IMG/VR virus record: IMGVR_UViG_3300047444_000783
Location: 1-64,000 of that record
DNA: 64,000 bases
Reading direction: 5' to 3' (one strand)
DNA from: a virus
The notes below the pieces were generated by a model, which saw nothing but the letters and a program-made list of their open reading frames with translations, had not been told where the DNA came from and did no database searches. The stretch's first letter is position 1. Each line of letters begins with the position of its first letter. Positions 6,484 through 15,644 of the stretch are shown one piece after another. Both the position numbers and the translations under genes were made by a program.

Positions 6484-7349
6484 ACGCCTGGTTGTACGCG
6501 CGCGTCTCCACCTACAGCAATAACTGTAACAACTGCCGAAAGACCTTTCTGGATTCGGCAAAGTCTCCGGTCTGCCCGGTCTGTGGCTCGTCGGATGTGC
6601 AGAAGTCGCAGGATACGGAGAATCAGATGATCGTCCTTCGTCAGTGGATGGCGAGTCTGGGCCACACGGTTACGGCAGTCTACGAGGATCGCGCGAGCGG
6701 CAAGACGGGTGAGCGCGAGCAGTTCAAGAAGATGATGCTCGATATACGGGCGCGCCGGCCGCGGGCACCAATAGTTGTCGGATTCTGGGCGCTCGACCGG
6801 CTGTCGCGTGAGGGCGCGCTCGCGACGCTGAAGTACCTGCAGGACATCACGAACATGGGCGCTCACGTGAAATCGTATACCGAGCAGTACCTGGACACGA
6901 TGGGACCGTGGGGCGAGGCGATCATTGCGTTCCTGGCAACGATTGCCAAGCAGCAGCGCATCCGCCTGGCCGAGAATACGCGAGCCGGGATCGAGCGCGC
7001 GCGGATTCATGGGACGAAGAGCGGGAAGCCGCACGGTCGCCCACAGAAGTTCTCACGTGCGGAGGCACTGGCGATCTTCGAGCAGTTGAAATCGTATCGA
7101 GGGACGGCTAGAGTGCTGGGAGTCTGCCAGACGGCCGTCCGTAACGTCATTCTGGGAAGGCAGGAGGAAGTCCCAACGACAATCGAGTGGAGTGACCCCG
7201 TATGGGGGCGACTCGTCGATGGTCTGTTTGTTGAAGCGGTCGATGGGCGCACGGTCGTGCGGTACGATCTGGGCACGCAGCAGGCGCATTGTTTGAATCA
7301 TCAGCAGTTGCTGTCACTCTGTCGGCATCTGCACACACTAGACGAATAA
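6480..7349 (+). CDS. serine recombinase (resolvase/invertase family) with zinc-ribbon insertion and C-terminal HTH
   Basis: YARVST catalytic Ser, YEDRASG, LDRLSR, TRAGIERAR...GK..GRP, HTH SYRGTARVLGVCQTAV. Confidence 0.9.
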   Translation: MNAWLYARVSTYSNNCNNCRKTFLDSAKSPVCPVCGSSDVQKSQDTENQMIVLRQWMASLGHTVTAVYEDRASGKTGEREQFKKMMLDIRARRPRAPIVVGFWALDRLSREGALATLKYLQDITNMGAHVKSYTEQYLDTMGPWGEAIIAFLATIAKQQRIRLAENTRAGIERARIHGTKSGKPHGRPQKFSRAEALAIFEQLKSYRGTARVLGVCQTAVRNVILGRQEEVPTTIEWSDPVWGRLVDGLFVEAVDGRTVVRYDLGTQQAHCLNHQQLLSLCRHLHTLDE

Positions 7350-7362
7350 AGGAGAAACACAC

Positions 7363-7776
7363 ATGAGCACAAGTATGGTAGTGAACACCCGGAGAGTTGA
7401 GCGCGGTAACCTAAGTAACGAACAGTTCAGCTATGCCCTTGCGCGCGCGCTGTACGAAACACGACAAGAGGCTTACGTGGCAGAATCCGAGGCGAGCGTG
7501 AAGCCTCGCGACGTCGGTTCGGACTTCGACACGGATCGCTTCATCGCCGAGGATGCGGTTGTATTCGACAAGCATCGCGTGAAGGAAGCGTTTGATCTGT
7601 TGGTTCTGGCCGAGGATGCGCTGATCGCGTGGGCAGACAAGTGCGCGCGCCGCAATCTGGGCAAGACGCGGTATCGCCAGATTGAAGAGGTATTCAAGAC
7701 CGCGACATCCAGCGGGATGAAGCACCGGCTGCTCAAGATCTGCATGGAGATGAAAGACGAGAAAGGGGGCGTATGA
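7363..7776 (+). CDS. hypothetical protein
   Basis: AAGGAG SD, 137 aa. Confidence 0.7.
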   Translation: MSTSMVVNTRRVERGNLSNEQFSYALARALYETRQEAYVAESEASVKPRDVGSDFDTDRFIAEDAVVFDKHRVKEAFDLLVLAEDALIAWADKCARRNLGKTRYRQIEEVFKTATSSGMKHRLLKICMEMKDEKGGV

Positions 7777-8027
7777 GCAGACGTTGCCGAGCACCGGAAC
7801 CTGACTGTTACGACTACGTGCGGCGCTATTACGGAGTTCCAGCCTACATTGGAGTGCGCGTACAGGTCGGAGAGAAGGAGGGCGTGATCGTCAAATCGAA
7901 CGGTTCGCCATACGTACACATCAAACTAGACGGAGCGAAGCACGCCAACCCGTACCATCCGACCGATCCAGCCTTGAAGTACCTCATCGAGAGACGGGCT
8001 GGGATCGGTCAGTCGGGGGGCGTATGA
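7773..8027 (+). CDS. hypothetical phage protein (SH3-like)
   Basis: YVRRYYGVPA.IG.RV...G.I...YHPT motif. Confidence 0.75.
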   Translation: MSRRCRAPEPDCYDYVRRYYGVPAYIGVRVQVGEKEGVIVKSNGSPYVHIKLDGAKHANPYHPTDPALKYLIERRAGIGQSGGV

Positions 8028-8554
8028 AGCGCGCTATCCTTGGAATCCTGTTGATGATGCCGGCGGTCGCGCACGCGGCGCCGCCGGTGGTCTTCACGGC
8101 CGATTCGACGGATGGGCCGATACCGACCGATGCGCAAGACTGGCTGATTAACTCCTACATTCCTTCCCGGTGGGAAGCCGAGCGCCAGGTTATTCAGTGG
8201 CTGAACGGGCTGCCGGCGCCGGACGGCCGCGGGATCGTCGTTCACGTTCATATCCATCCGACTCTATTCCAGGGGTTTGATGGTGCCGGGATCGTGGCCG
8301 GGCAGATGGAAAGCCCGGGGTTCAGTCTCGACTATCAGGTCCACGTGGCATGGGACTACGAGATGCAGCGCGGGAACATCGTGCTTTCCCATGAGTTCGG
8401 CCACCTGCTGCAGCTTCTGTCCGGTTGTGCCGGTTGGTGGTATATCGGGCACGGTGTTCCCGAGGACCCGATCCTTCAGAAGTTGCTGGTGATCGGAGCG
8501 CAGGTCTACATGCCTGGACATGTTTACGATCCGTTCAAACCGGAGGTTTATTGA
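8024..8554 (+). CDS. secreted protein with HEXXH zinc-metallopeptidase motif
   Basis: signal peptide ending AVAHA; SHEFGH. Confidence 0.65.
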   Translation: MKRAILGILLMMPAVAHAAPPVVFTADSTDGPIPTDAQDWLINSYIPSRWEAERQVIQWLNGLPAPDGRGIVVHVHIHPTLFQGFDGAGIVAGQMESPGFSLDYQVHVAWDYEMQRGNIVLSHEFGHLLQLLSGCAGWWYIGHGVPEDPILQKLLVIGAQVYMPGHVYDPFKPEVY

Positions 8555-8928
8555 TGAGCAAACACACACCAGGACCGTGGACGCTCGAGGAGCACGGCGG
8601 GGCGTTCTATATCTTTGGACCAGACATGGCGATGATCGCCGACAATGACGATGAGGGCGGGTTCGTGCCAAGGGAAGTTGTCGCGCGCGTGCGTGGAGTC
8701 GGGCGGGGCGCGACGGTTGAGGAGCAACAGGCAAACGGCAAGTTGTTGGCAGCCGCCCCGAAGTTACTCGACGCCTGCAAGTTCGTGCTCGCACTCTTCG
8801 ATAAACTGGAGGCCGAGACCGAGTTGGGAGATCCGTTGCTGAATGTCCGCCGGCGATACCATCTGCCGTACCGTGTCGCGCTAACAGAAGCTATTCTGGA
8901 CGCAGAAAAAGGGGGTGTGTCAGGTTAG
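8554..8928 (+). CDS. conserved phage protein (HTPGPW...AN..LLAAAP family)
   Basis: MSKHTPGPW...QANGKLLAAAPKLL; GGAGG SD. Confidence 0.8.
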   Translation: MSKHTPGPWTLEEHGGAFYIFGPDMAMIADNDDEGGFVPREVVARVRGVGRGATVEEQQANGKLLAAAPKLLDACKFVLALFDKLEAETELGDPLLNVRRRYHLPYRVALTEAILDAEKGGVSG

Positions 8929-8961
8929 GGCGGGTAGAGAATCGAGTCTATAAGCGAACGT

Positions 8962-8995
8962 AGGGCCGGGAAATATTACTCTCCCGGCCCTTTTT
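8962..8995 (+). terminator. intrinsic terminator of the early operon
   Basis: stem AGGGCCGGGA/TCCCGGCCCT followed by a T tract, at the point where the strands converge. Confidence 0.85.
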
Positions 8996-9005
8996 GTATT
9001 TATTG

Positions 9006-9431
9006 CTACTTTGCTAACAGATGTAGGCCAGTCCCGGTCTTTCGTACGAAGGACCAACCCGCCTGTTTGAAACAATACCCGGGATTCGCCGAGCGGATCT
9101 TCGTCGGGTCCACGTAGGTGAATACGCGATCCGGTCCCCACTTCCTGAACGCGATCTGCGTGCATTCGAGAATGACGTCCGAGCTGCGTAGCTCGCTCAC
9201 GTTGCGAAAGATCGAGCAGCAGTAGCCAGACTCCCGGTCTTTCCGTTTGTGCGGCAACTGCCAATTCCAGCCAAAGACCATCGTGCCGGCCGGGTTCCGA
9301 ATGATGATCGTGCGGCCAGGCGGCATGAATTGCCGGTCGCCCGGACTCTGCCGCGAGTAGTGGTCGTCCGCGAGCGCCGCGCATTCGGCATCGTACTTGT
9401 CGGTTACCTGAAGACCTTCAAACAGAAGCAC
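9006..9431 (-). CDS. Mom-like/GNAT-fold putative DNA modification protein
   Basis: ADDHYSRQ, FTYVDP, NPGYCFKQAGW motifs. Confidence 0.5.
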   Translation of the reverse strand: MLLFEGLQVTDKYDAECAALADDHYSRQSPGDRQFMPPGRTIIIRNPAGTMVFGWNWQLPHKRKDRESGYCCSIFRNVSELRSSDVILECTQIAFRKWGPDRVFTYVDPTKIRSANPGYCFKQAGWSFVRKTGTGLHLLAK

Positions 9432-9440
9432 GAACTAATT

Positions 9441-9647
9441 TTATAGCGACCACGCGTCGACATCTAATTCGATCGCGATCCACTTCGGCGGAATAATGAC
9501 CTTTGTCCCATCAGCCAGTTCCAGCCGATGGGTTCCACGCTCGCTTACTGCCAGACGTACGACGTTCTTGAAGCTAAGCACGTCGCCATCTGGAAATACA
9601 TAGACGCGCTCTCGTTCAACTGGATTCAATTCGGTAAAGTTAGTCAT
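9441..9647 (-). CDS. hypothetical phage protein
   Basis: 68 aa, R.YVFP...GTHRL...W motif. Confidence 0.7.
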   Translation of the reverse strand: MTNFTELNPVERERVYVFPDGDVLSFKNVVRLAVSERGTHRLELADGTKVIIPPKWIAIELDVDAWSL

Positions 9648-9653
9648 TTGTTT

Positions 9654-9941
9654 TCACCCCTGAGCAAAATAACTTTTGACCGGCCAAAGCCCGATCTCTA
9701 AGAACACCGCCCCGAGCGCGCGCCGCGTCGCCTGCAGGACCTGGTGGTCATTGTCCAGCAGAAGCTGACGCACGTACACGTATTCCTGGCCGACTCCGTA
9801 CAGCCGGCGCAACTGGGCCTCGACGTCGAGAATGAAATGCTGGCCCTCGAGCGTGATGTTCGCGGCATCGCTTTCGCGGAGCGCCGCGTACTCACCAAAT
9901 ACTTCCTCGAAGACCCGGAGCAGCGCCGCCTCGTTGCTCAT
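9654..9941 (-). CDS. hypothetical protein
   Basis: ATGA-coupled, 95 aa. Confidence 0.65.
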   Translation of the reverse strand: MSNEAALLRVFEEVFGEYAALRESDAANITLEGQHFILDVEAQLRRLYGVGQEYVYVRQLLLDNDHQVLQATRRALGAVFLEIGLWPVKSYFAQG

Positions 9942-10153
9942 TTCAGCCCCCGGAATGGCAGAAACTCGCGGTAAGGCGGCGTTCCGTCGTGGGCCGCGTG
10001 GCGCTCCCAGTAGCGATGCTCGCGCGGGTCCACCTGGTCTAAGATCGCGCGATGTCGTTCAATAAAGTCTCGCCCTTTGCAGAACTCGCACGGTCCGGCG
10101 CAGGACAGACATCGACATTGGCCAGTCCCTTTGCAATGCCAGCAATCATTCAT
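9938..10153 (-). CDS. small zinc-finger protein (CxxCxGxG)
   Basis: CWHCKGTGQCRCLSCAGPCEFCKG. Confidence 0.65.
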   Translation of the reverse strand: MNDCWHCKGTGQCRCLSCAGPCEFCKGRDFIERHRAILDQVDPREHRYWERHAAHDGTPPYREFLPFRGLK

Positions 10154-12467
10154 CGCGCCTCACTTTCCAGACCTTCCCGTACTGGCCGTCTCCGATCTCA
10201 CCCTTGCATTCGTACCATCCCATGTGGCGCAGACTCGACGCGACGCGCAGTTGATCCGCTCGTTGAATCCGCGGGATCTCGACGCGCAGCGGGCCAGTCA
10301 GGATCTCGTTGACCGTCACCTGAGTGAGTGGGGCGAGTCGCTTCTGGAACTCGCTACTTCCACTAACAAGTTCGTAGTTAATATACCGCTCAACGAACTC
10401 CTGCCAAGGATCTTCCTGATAACGCGCGCGTTGCTGGGCCGCCGTCTCGCCGTCCGGCGTCGTCCACCAGTCCTCGCCGCCCGAGAAATGCCGCTTCTGT
10501 GGGTCCCACGGTGTGTCGGGCGCCAGCCGCACGCGTCCTTCGGCAAAGTATTGGTCTCGATCGCGCTCGAGCGCGTCCAGGTCGACGCGTCCGCGGCAGC
10601 GCACGGGATTGAACCGGCGCGCGCCCGTATCATCTTTGTTCCAGTCGTATCGGTTGGTCGTCCCGGCGAACACGCATTGCCGCGGATGGTCGGCCGCGTG
10701 GTGGGCGTACGGCTCGCGGAATCGGTCGGTCGCGCTCGAGACCACATCCTTAACGCGCGTGATGTCCGCGCGCGAGAACGCATCCATCTCGCCGATCTCG
10801 ATCAGCAGCTTACCCTGCAGGACTTCAAAGAATGCTTTGCTCTGAATCGACTCGTGCTGTGTCGTGTAGAGCGGGGTCGTCGCAATCGTTTCGAGGCCGA
10901 GGGACTTGCGAATCCCCTGCTCGCCTTCGAGCACGACCATCGTGTCGACTTTCGCGCCCGGCCGAAAGAGTCGCGCCAGCATAGATAGGATAAACGTCCG
11001 GCTAACCGCCTGGATATACTCACTATCGTCGGCCCCGAAGTGTTCGGTGAAGATCCCGTCGATCCGGCTTCGTCCGTCCCACGTCAGGCCGTTGATCCAA
11101 TCACGTACGCAGTGCCGCGGGTGGCGTTTCGCGAATTCGCGAACAGCCTGGCGCACGCTATCCAGCCCCATCTTCGGTATCTCAAGTTGTTGCTGGAAAT
11201 AGTATTGGAGTCGCGTGTCGTCCACGTCCTCCCATTCGCGGATCTTTCCCGGCCCGCCCCCGCCATCCCTGTCGGTGAAGAATTTACGCTGGAACTCGTC
11301 ATACCAGACGATGCCTTCCATTTGTGGATCGCGCGAAAGCACGAGTGAGACGTTGCCGACATTCGGGTGTGGTTTATTTCCGCCATCCATTGTTAATCTG
11401 AACTCCATGTGGAGGATACGGGCGTCGACGTTGCGGGCGTGGCCGTTCGGCCGTGCGATCTCGATATGGGCCGTATGCGGGGCAATCGGTTCGACCGGCG
11501 GCCGTTCGGGCGCGTGGCCGTTCGGCGGAATGATGATCTGGTCGCGGTCTGGGACGTTTGAGATGTGAGCGGTCGCCCACTTCGCGAAATCTTTGGACGT
11601 CCACCCGGCAGCCAGCGCGTCGGCCGCATCCCAGCCGGCCGGCATATCCTTAACGTTGAATATCTTGATCTCCGGGCAATGAGAGGCGAGCGCGCTCGCC
11701 AGTCCGTACATGCAGGTATGCCCAGGATCGTCGTTATCGGGCCATAGGACGATCTTCCGACCATAAACCGGTGCCCAGTCCGCCTTGTGCCACCGATTAG
11801 CCCCACCGGGCCACGTGAGTACCACTTGACCGGGGGCAAATTTCCTCGCCGCGTCGGCCGCTTTTTCCCCTTCGACGATAATAATCGTCAGTAGCTGGCG
11901 TCCCGGGAGCGCCATATCGTCCAGGCCGTAGAGCGGCTGCGGATCAGCCCATCCGTATTTATTCCAGCGCTTCCCATCGAAGGTGAACGGGCAGAACTGC
12001 TTACCGCCTGGCGTGTCATAGCGGGCGATAAACATGATGGTCTTGCCGTCGGCCGTCGCGTACCTCCAGGTCCGGACCGCCTGCCCGTGCGTCGGGTGAT
12101 CGAAGTTCAGCGGCGGGCGCACGCCGTCTGGCACAATGATTGCTAGCCTGTTCTTGTTCGCGCGCGTCGGCCGTTCGGTCGGCATCCCACTGCCGTACCG
12201 CTTCATGAGTTCGGTCGCCGCCTGTCCGTTGTTCATCCCGCGGACGCGCGCGAATAGGCTAACGAGATCGGGGCCTCCACTGCCAGGATCGGAGAAGTCG
12301 GTGTAGATGCCGGTGTTGAGATTGACCGAAAAAGAGCGCCCTTCGCCCCCGCCAATCGACGCGGCGACGTACTCGTGCCCAATCTGCCGCCCGCCGGGCA
12401 CAAGTTCGCTGATGAACGACAGAGCGTTGTTCATCAGTAGCTTATTAACGTGCGAAAAATCGATCAG
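10146..12467 (-). CDS. TOPRIM primase fused to VapE/VirE-type P-loop helicase
   Basis: IIVEGEKAADAA and WPDNDDPG (TOPRIM); LEGEQGIRKS Walker A; DDTGARRF; start extended to CTG at 12467 (track ATG is 12434). Confidence 0.88.
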   Translation of the reverse strand: MIDFSHVNKLLMNNALSFISELVPGGRQIGHEYVAASIGGGEGRSFSVNLNTGIYTDFSDPGSGGPDLVSLFARVRGMNNGQAATELMKRYGSGMPTERPTRANKNRLAIIVPDGVRPPLNFDHPTHGQAVRTWRYATADGKTIMFIARYDTPGGKQFCPFTFDGKRWNKYGWADPQPLYGLDDMALPGRQLLTIIIVEGEKAADAARKFAPGQVVLTWPGGANRWHKADWAPVYGRKIVLWPDNDDPGHTCMYGLASALASHCPEIKIFNVKDMPAGWDAADALAAGWTSKDFAKWATAHISNVPDRDQIIIPPNGHAPERPPVEPIAPHTAHIEIARPNGHARNVDARILHMEFRLTMDGGNKPHPNVGNVSLVLSRDPQMEGIVWYDEFQRKFFTDRDGGGGPGKIREWEDVDDTRLQYYFQQQLEIPKMGLDSVRQAVREFAKRHPRHCVRDWINGLTWDGRSRIDGIFTEHFGADDSEYIQAVSRTFILSMLARLFRPGAKVDTMVVLEGEQGIRKSLGLETIATTPLYTTQHESIQSKAFFEVLQGKLLIEIGEMDAFSRADITRVKDVVSSATDRFREPYAHHAADHPRQCVFAGTTNRYDWNKDDTGARRFNPVRCRGRVDLDALERDRDQYFAEGRVRLAPDTPWDPQKRHFSGGEDWWTTPDGETAAQQRARYQEDPWQEFVERYINYELVSGSSEFQKRLAPLTQVTVNEILTGPLRVEIPRIQRADQLRVASSLRHMGWYECKGEIGDGQYGKVWKVRRDE

Positions 12468-12469
12468 TT

Positions 12470-12685
12470 CTATTCCTTGCTTGGTGGAGGGTCAAATTCC
12501 TTTGCGGGCGTCAGCCGCCGCACATACCGCTCAGTCGCTGGCCACTTGATGGTTCGGCCGCCAGGATAGACCTGGAATACACCTTCGTATCCCTGGATCT
12601 CGACGTAGATCACGCGATCATGCGTGCGCGCGAAGACTTGAGCGAGTAATACGTTATCGAATACCAGGTACATCAGAACAGCCAC
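12470..12685 (-). CDS. hypothetical protein
   Basis: GGAGG SD, 71 aa. Confidence 0.55.
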   Translation of the reverse strand: MAVLMYLVFDNVLLAQVFARTHDRVIYVEIQGYEGVFQVYPGGRTIKWPATERYVRRLTPAKEFDPPPSKE

Positions 12686-14121
12686 GCCTCCTCTTGCGCT
12701 TGAGCGGCAAGGAGATCGTCAAGTTTTGGTTCACGCGCGACCACCCGTCGCGCCGCCTTCTCGTTACGCGCCTGAATGATGTGCTTCGCCCAGAGCGCCG
12801 GATGCTTATAACCCTTCTTGCGGCCGTGCGCGATCAAGTACTCCAACTCCCGCGCCGCCTTCTGCTCGTTGAGTCGCTGATGTACGGCAGTTCGCCGTAC
12901 TTCCTCCAACTCCGCGTGCTCATCGACGTCCATTTCGCGCGGCTTGACAAGTACATAGCCGCAGCGGCAGACGCGCACGTGCATCCCCCAGGTTTCCGTG
13001 CAGGCCGGGCAGACGCGGACCGCGTCCTCGTCATCGCGCTTCTTTTTCTTCTTCTTGCGCGTCGCGTCGAGCGACCATTCGCGGTCCTCGTCCGGTAGTC
13101 CCATACGTCGGGAGTTACCCGCCTGATCGAATAGGAACGCCGTCTTGCCGGGCGACGGCCGGAGGATGCGCCCAACCTGCTGCAGGTAGAGCGTTAGTGA
13201 TGCGGTCGGGCGGCAGAAGAATCCGGCGCCGCACGCGGGTGTGTCGAACCCCTCGCCCACGATATCGACGTTGCAGAGGACGCGAACGTCGCCAGCCCGG
13301 AACATGTCGATCGCACGGTCGCGTACCCGGTCGTCGGTGTCCCCGTCGATATGGACGGCCGGTATCCCGGCATCGTTGAAACGTTGCGCGATCTCGATCG
13401 AGCTAGGGACCGACCACATATAGACGATCGCCGTCTCGTTCGGCACGTGCTTCTGATAGAGGCGCACGGTATCGCCAGCGACGGCCGAGCGGTCCATCGT
13501 CGCGCTGAGTTCTTTCTTGTTGTAGTCGCCAGCGAGAATACTGACGTCCGACAGGTCGGGCGGGCGCGGGGCAAACAGGCGATAGGGCGATAGCCATCCG
13601 TCGGTAATCAACTGATGAGTGGACGGCCCGAGGACCATGTGCTCGAACCACTTCCCAAGGCCCGTACCGTCCAGACGTTGCGGAGTCGCCGACAGCCCGA
13701 TATGCACGGCGTCCGGGTACGCCGCGTGGATGGCCGCCCAACTCGAAGCCGCCGTGTGGTGGCACTCGTCATAGACGATCAGTTGCGGGCGTCGGAGCGC
13801 GTGATGTCGGCGCGCGAGCGAACCGATTGAACAGACCTGGACGGGCGCGAGGTTATTCGTCGGCATACCGGCCGCAACGATCCCGGCCGGGACGCCAGCC
13901 TCGCGAAGTTTGAGTAGACTCTGCTTCAGGATCTCGCGGCGGTGACAGAGAAACCACGCATTGAACCCCTTGTCGGCGCAGTTTTTGAGGAGCGAGGCCG
14001 CGAGCACGGTCTTGCCGGACCCGGTCGGACTCTGCAGGATCATCGAGCGTGCTTTCTGGTTGACCCGGAGGTCGCGCGCCTGATCGTACATCTCGACCTG
14101 ATAGTCGCGGAGTTCAAGCAT
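12673..14121 (-). CDS. superfamily 2 DExH helicase with C-terminal zinc ribbon
   Basis: SPTGSGKT, DECHH, SATP, EGFD, QQVGRILR; CPAC..CRCG. Confidence 0.93.
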   Translation of the reverse strand: MLELRDYQVEMYDQARDLRVNQKARSMILQSPTGSGKTVLAASLLKNCADKGFNAWFLCHRREILKQSLLKLREAGVPAGIVAAGMPTNNLAPVQVCSIGSLARRHHALRRPQLIVYDECHHTAASSWAAIHAAYPDAVHIGLSATPQRLDGTGLGKWFEHMVLGPSTHQLITDGWLSPYRLFAPRPPDLSDVSILAGDYNKKELSATMDRSAVAGDTVRLYQKHVPNETAIVYMWSVPSSIEIAQRFNDAGIPAVHIDGDTDDRVRDRAIDMFRAGDVRVLCNVDIVGEGFDTPACGAGFFCRPTASLTLYLQQVGRILRPSPGKTAFLFDQAGNSRRMGLPDEDREWSLDATRKKKKKKRDDEDAVRVCPACTETWGMHVRVCRCGYVLVKPREMDVDEHAELEEVRRTAVHQRLNEQKAARELEYLIAHGRKKGYKHPALWAKHIIQARNEKAARRVVAREPKLDDLLAAQAQEEAWLF

Positions 14122-14497
14122 GGGCCGCTGTCACCTTCGGGCATTTCGGAATCGGCATCAGGCTAGCGTTTCCGTAACGCCATTTCTTCCGCATTCCGAT
14201 CGCCAGCCGCATCACGCCGAACCCGTAGCCTTCCCTTGCATGATCGTCAATATCCTCACGGATCCCCTGGTAGACGAAGCCGCCACACTCCGCCTCCAGC
14301 CACTCGCGAGTAACCCGGCAATGGGCGCATGTTTTATAGATCGTGAAATCGCCGTCAAAGAGGCAACTTTCAGAAAGATACGACTCGCCGGTTTCAATAA
14401 TGCGACTGCACTCCGTACAGCAATGTGGTTTCCTGGCGGTGGATATACGAGTACTTAGGACAGTGCAAACTTCATCGCAATCTTCAATCATGCACAT
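14114..14497 (-). CDS. zinc-binding phage protein
   Basis: ARKPHCCTEC...I..GE.Y...KTCAHC. Confidence 0.75.
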   Translation of the reverse strand: MCMIEDCDEVCTVLSTRISTARKPHCCTECSRIIETGESYLSESCLFDGDFTIYKTCAHCRVTREWLEAECGGFVYQGIREDIDDHAREGYGFGVMRLAIGMRKKWRYGNASLMPIPKCPKVTAAHA

Positions 14498-14528
14498 ACG
14501 TCAAATCGCCCCCGTGAGTAGGCTACGA

Positions 14529-14574
14529 ATAATGCTTGCTCCGCTCCGCAGAATCAAGCCACAAGATGTAGTGG
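14529..14574 (-). promoter_or_regulatory. candidate sigma70 promoter (TTGATT-N17-CATTAT) with adjacent NrdR-box-like palindrome
   Basis: -35 at 14557-14552, -10 at 14534-14529; CCACAAGATGTAGTGG at 14559-14574. Confidence 0.45.
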
Positions 14575-14579
14575 TGTAC

Positions 14580-15644
14580 CTAAAACGTTAGTTTCAGTCG
14601 TCCGTCCGCGTCGATTTCACCGATGCCCGCGCGAACTGCAAGTTGTGAGAATGCAGCAGCCGCCTGGAGCGGGATAACCAGTCCTCCCAATGCGCGGAGT
14701 TGCTGCGCTCGAGACAAAGCCAGCCGAGCGGCATTCCCTGAAGCCACGTCACGAATAGCGGATTCAGCTTCTTCGCCGTTCCCGCGCGCGCCAGCCCGTC
14801 CAACGTCGGCCGGCGGTCCTCCGGGTTCCCCTTGTCGCACGTGTAGTTCCCGCGCTCGTTCACGCGCGTCGTTGGCCACAGCCGGGGCAAGTTCTGGCCA
14901 TCGTCCGATGATCTGTCCCCACCGTTCGCGTTCGCCTGGTCCTGGAGGCCAGTATGGGTAAACTCCCGGATCTGAGCCGTCAGCGGGCGGCCGGTCGTCC
15001 CGTACAATTCTTCGTTCGTCCGCTGGGCTTCCCCGCTCTTGTAGTCCCGAGACTGCTGGGTTGCCCACAGGCGTGTAACCCAGGATGAAGATTCGTTTTC
15101 GGAGCTGACTGGCGCCGAGGTCGGCCGCAGATATGCTCGTCCATTCCGCATCGTACCCGAGGTCGGCCAGATCTGAGAGAACGACGCCGAGGCCTCGAAC
15201 AGACTCGGTTGCGCCTTCACCCACGCCCGCCCCTTCAATATCGCGAACGGATCGAGTGGATAGGAGTCCCGGGACGTTCTCGATCCACACGAGCGGCGGC
15301 CGGCACTCGCCGATGATCCGCCGCATTTCACTCCAGAGTCCGGACTCTTCGCCGTCGATCCCGGCACGCGCACCCGCGACACTGACGTCCGTACATGGGA
15401 AACCACCGATGACAATGTCGATATCACCCGCAAGCCGTCGAGCGTCAAAAGATCGTACGTCTGTCCAGATAGGCGCTGAATCCAACTGCTCGTCTTCCAT
15501 GCGCGCGACCAGGACCGCGGCGGCAGCGATTTCGTGTTCAATGTAAAAGCACGTGCGAGCGTCTGGGAGCGCAAGTCGGAGTCCAAGGTCGAGACCGGCG
15601 ATACCTGAGAATAAACTGAGGACAGTGATTTCGGGATGATCCAC
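14580..15644 (-). CDS. DNA cytosine-5 methyltransferase, alpha polypeptide (motifs I-VIII and X)
   Basis: LSLFSGIAG, GGFPC, ENV, Q.RKRIF, motif-X-like LRALGGLVIP; no motif IX. Confidence 0.9.
   Translation of the reverse strand: MDHPEITVLSLFSGIAGLDLGLRLALPDARTCFYIEHEIAAAAVLVARMEDEQLDSAPIWTDVRSFDARRLAGDIDIVIGGFPCTDVSVAGARAGIDGEESGLWSEMRRIIGECRPPLVWIENVPGLLSTRSVRDIEGAGVGEGATESVRGLGVVLSDLADLGYDAEWTSISAADLGASQLRKRIFILGYTPVGNPAVSGLQERGSPADERRIVRDDRPPADGSDPGVYPYWPPGPGERERWGQIIGRWPELAPAVANDARERARELHVRQGEPGGPPADVGRAGARGNGEEAESAIRDVASGNAARLALSRAQQLRALGGLVIPLQAAAAFSQLAVRAGIGEIDADGRLKLTF

Noticed and set aside
7762-8027. Repeated GGGGGCGTATGA at two gene junctions
   Set aside because: Explained as SD plus ATGA translational coupling; too short to call a separate element.
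10077-10988. 303-aa plus-strand ORF and other long antisense ORFs (e.g. 31657-32949, 36160-37260, 59844-60542)
   Set aside because: They are shadows of well-supported minus-strand genes in GC-rich DNA and carry no motifs.
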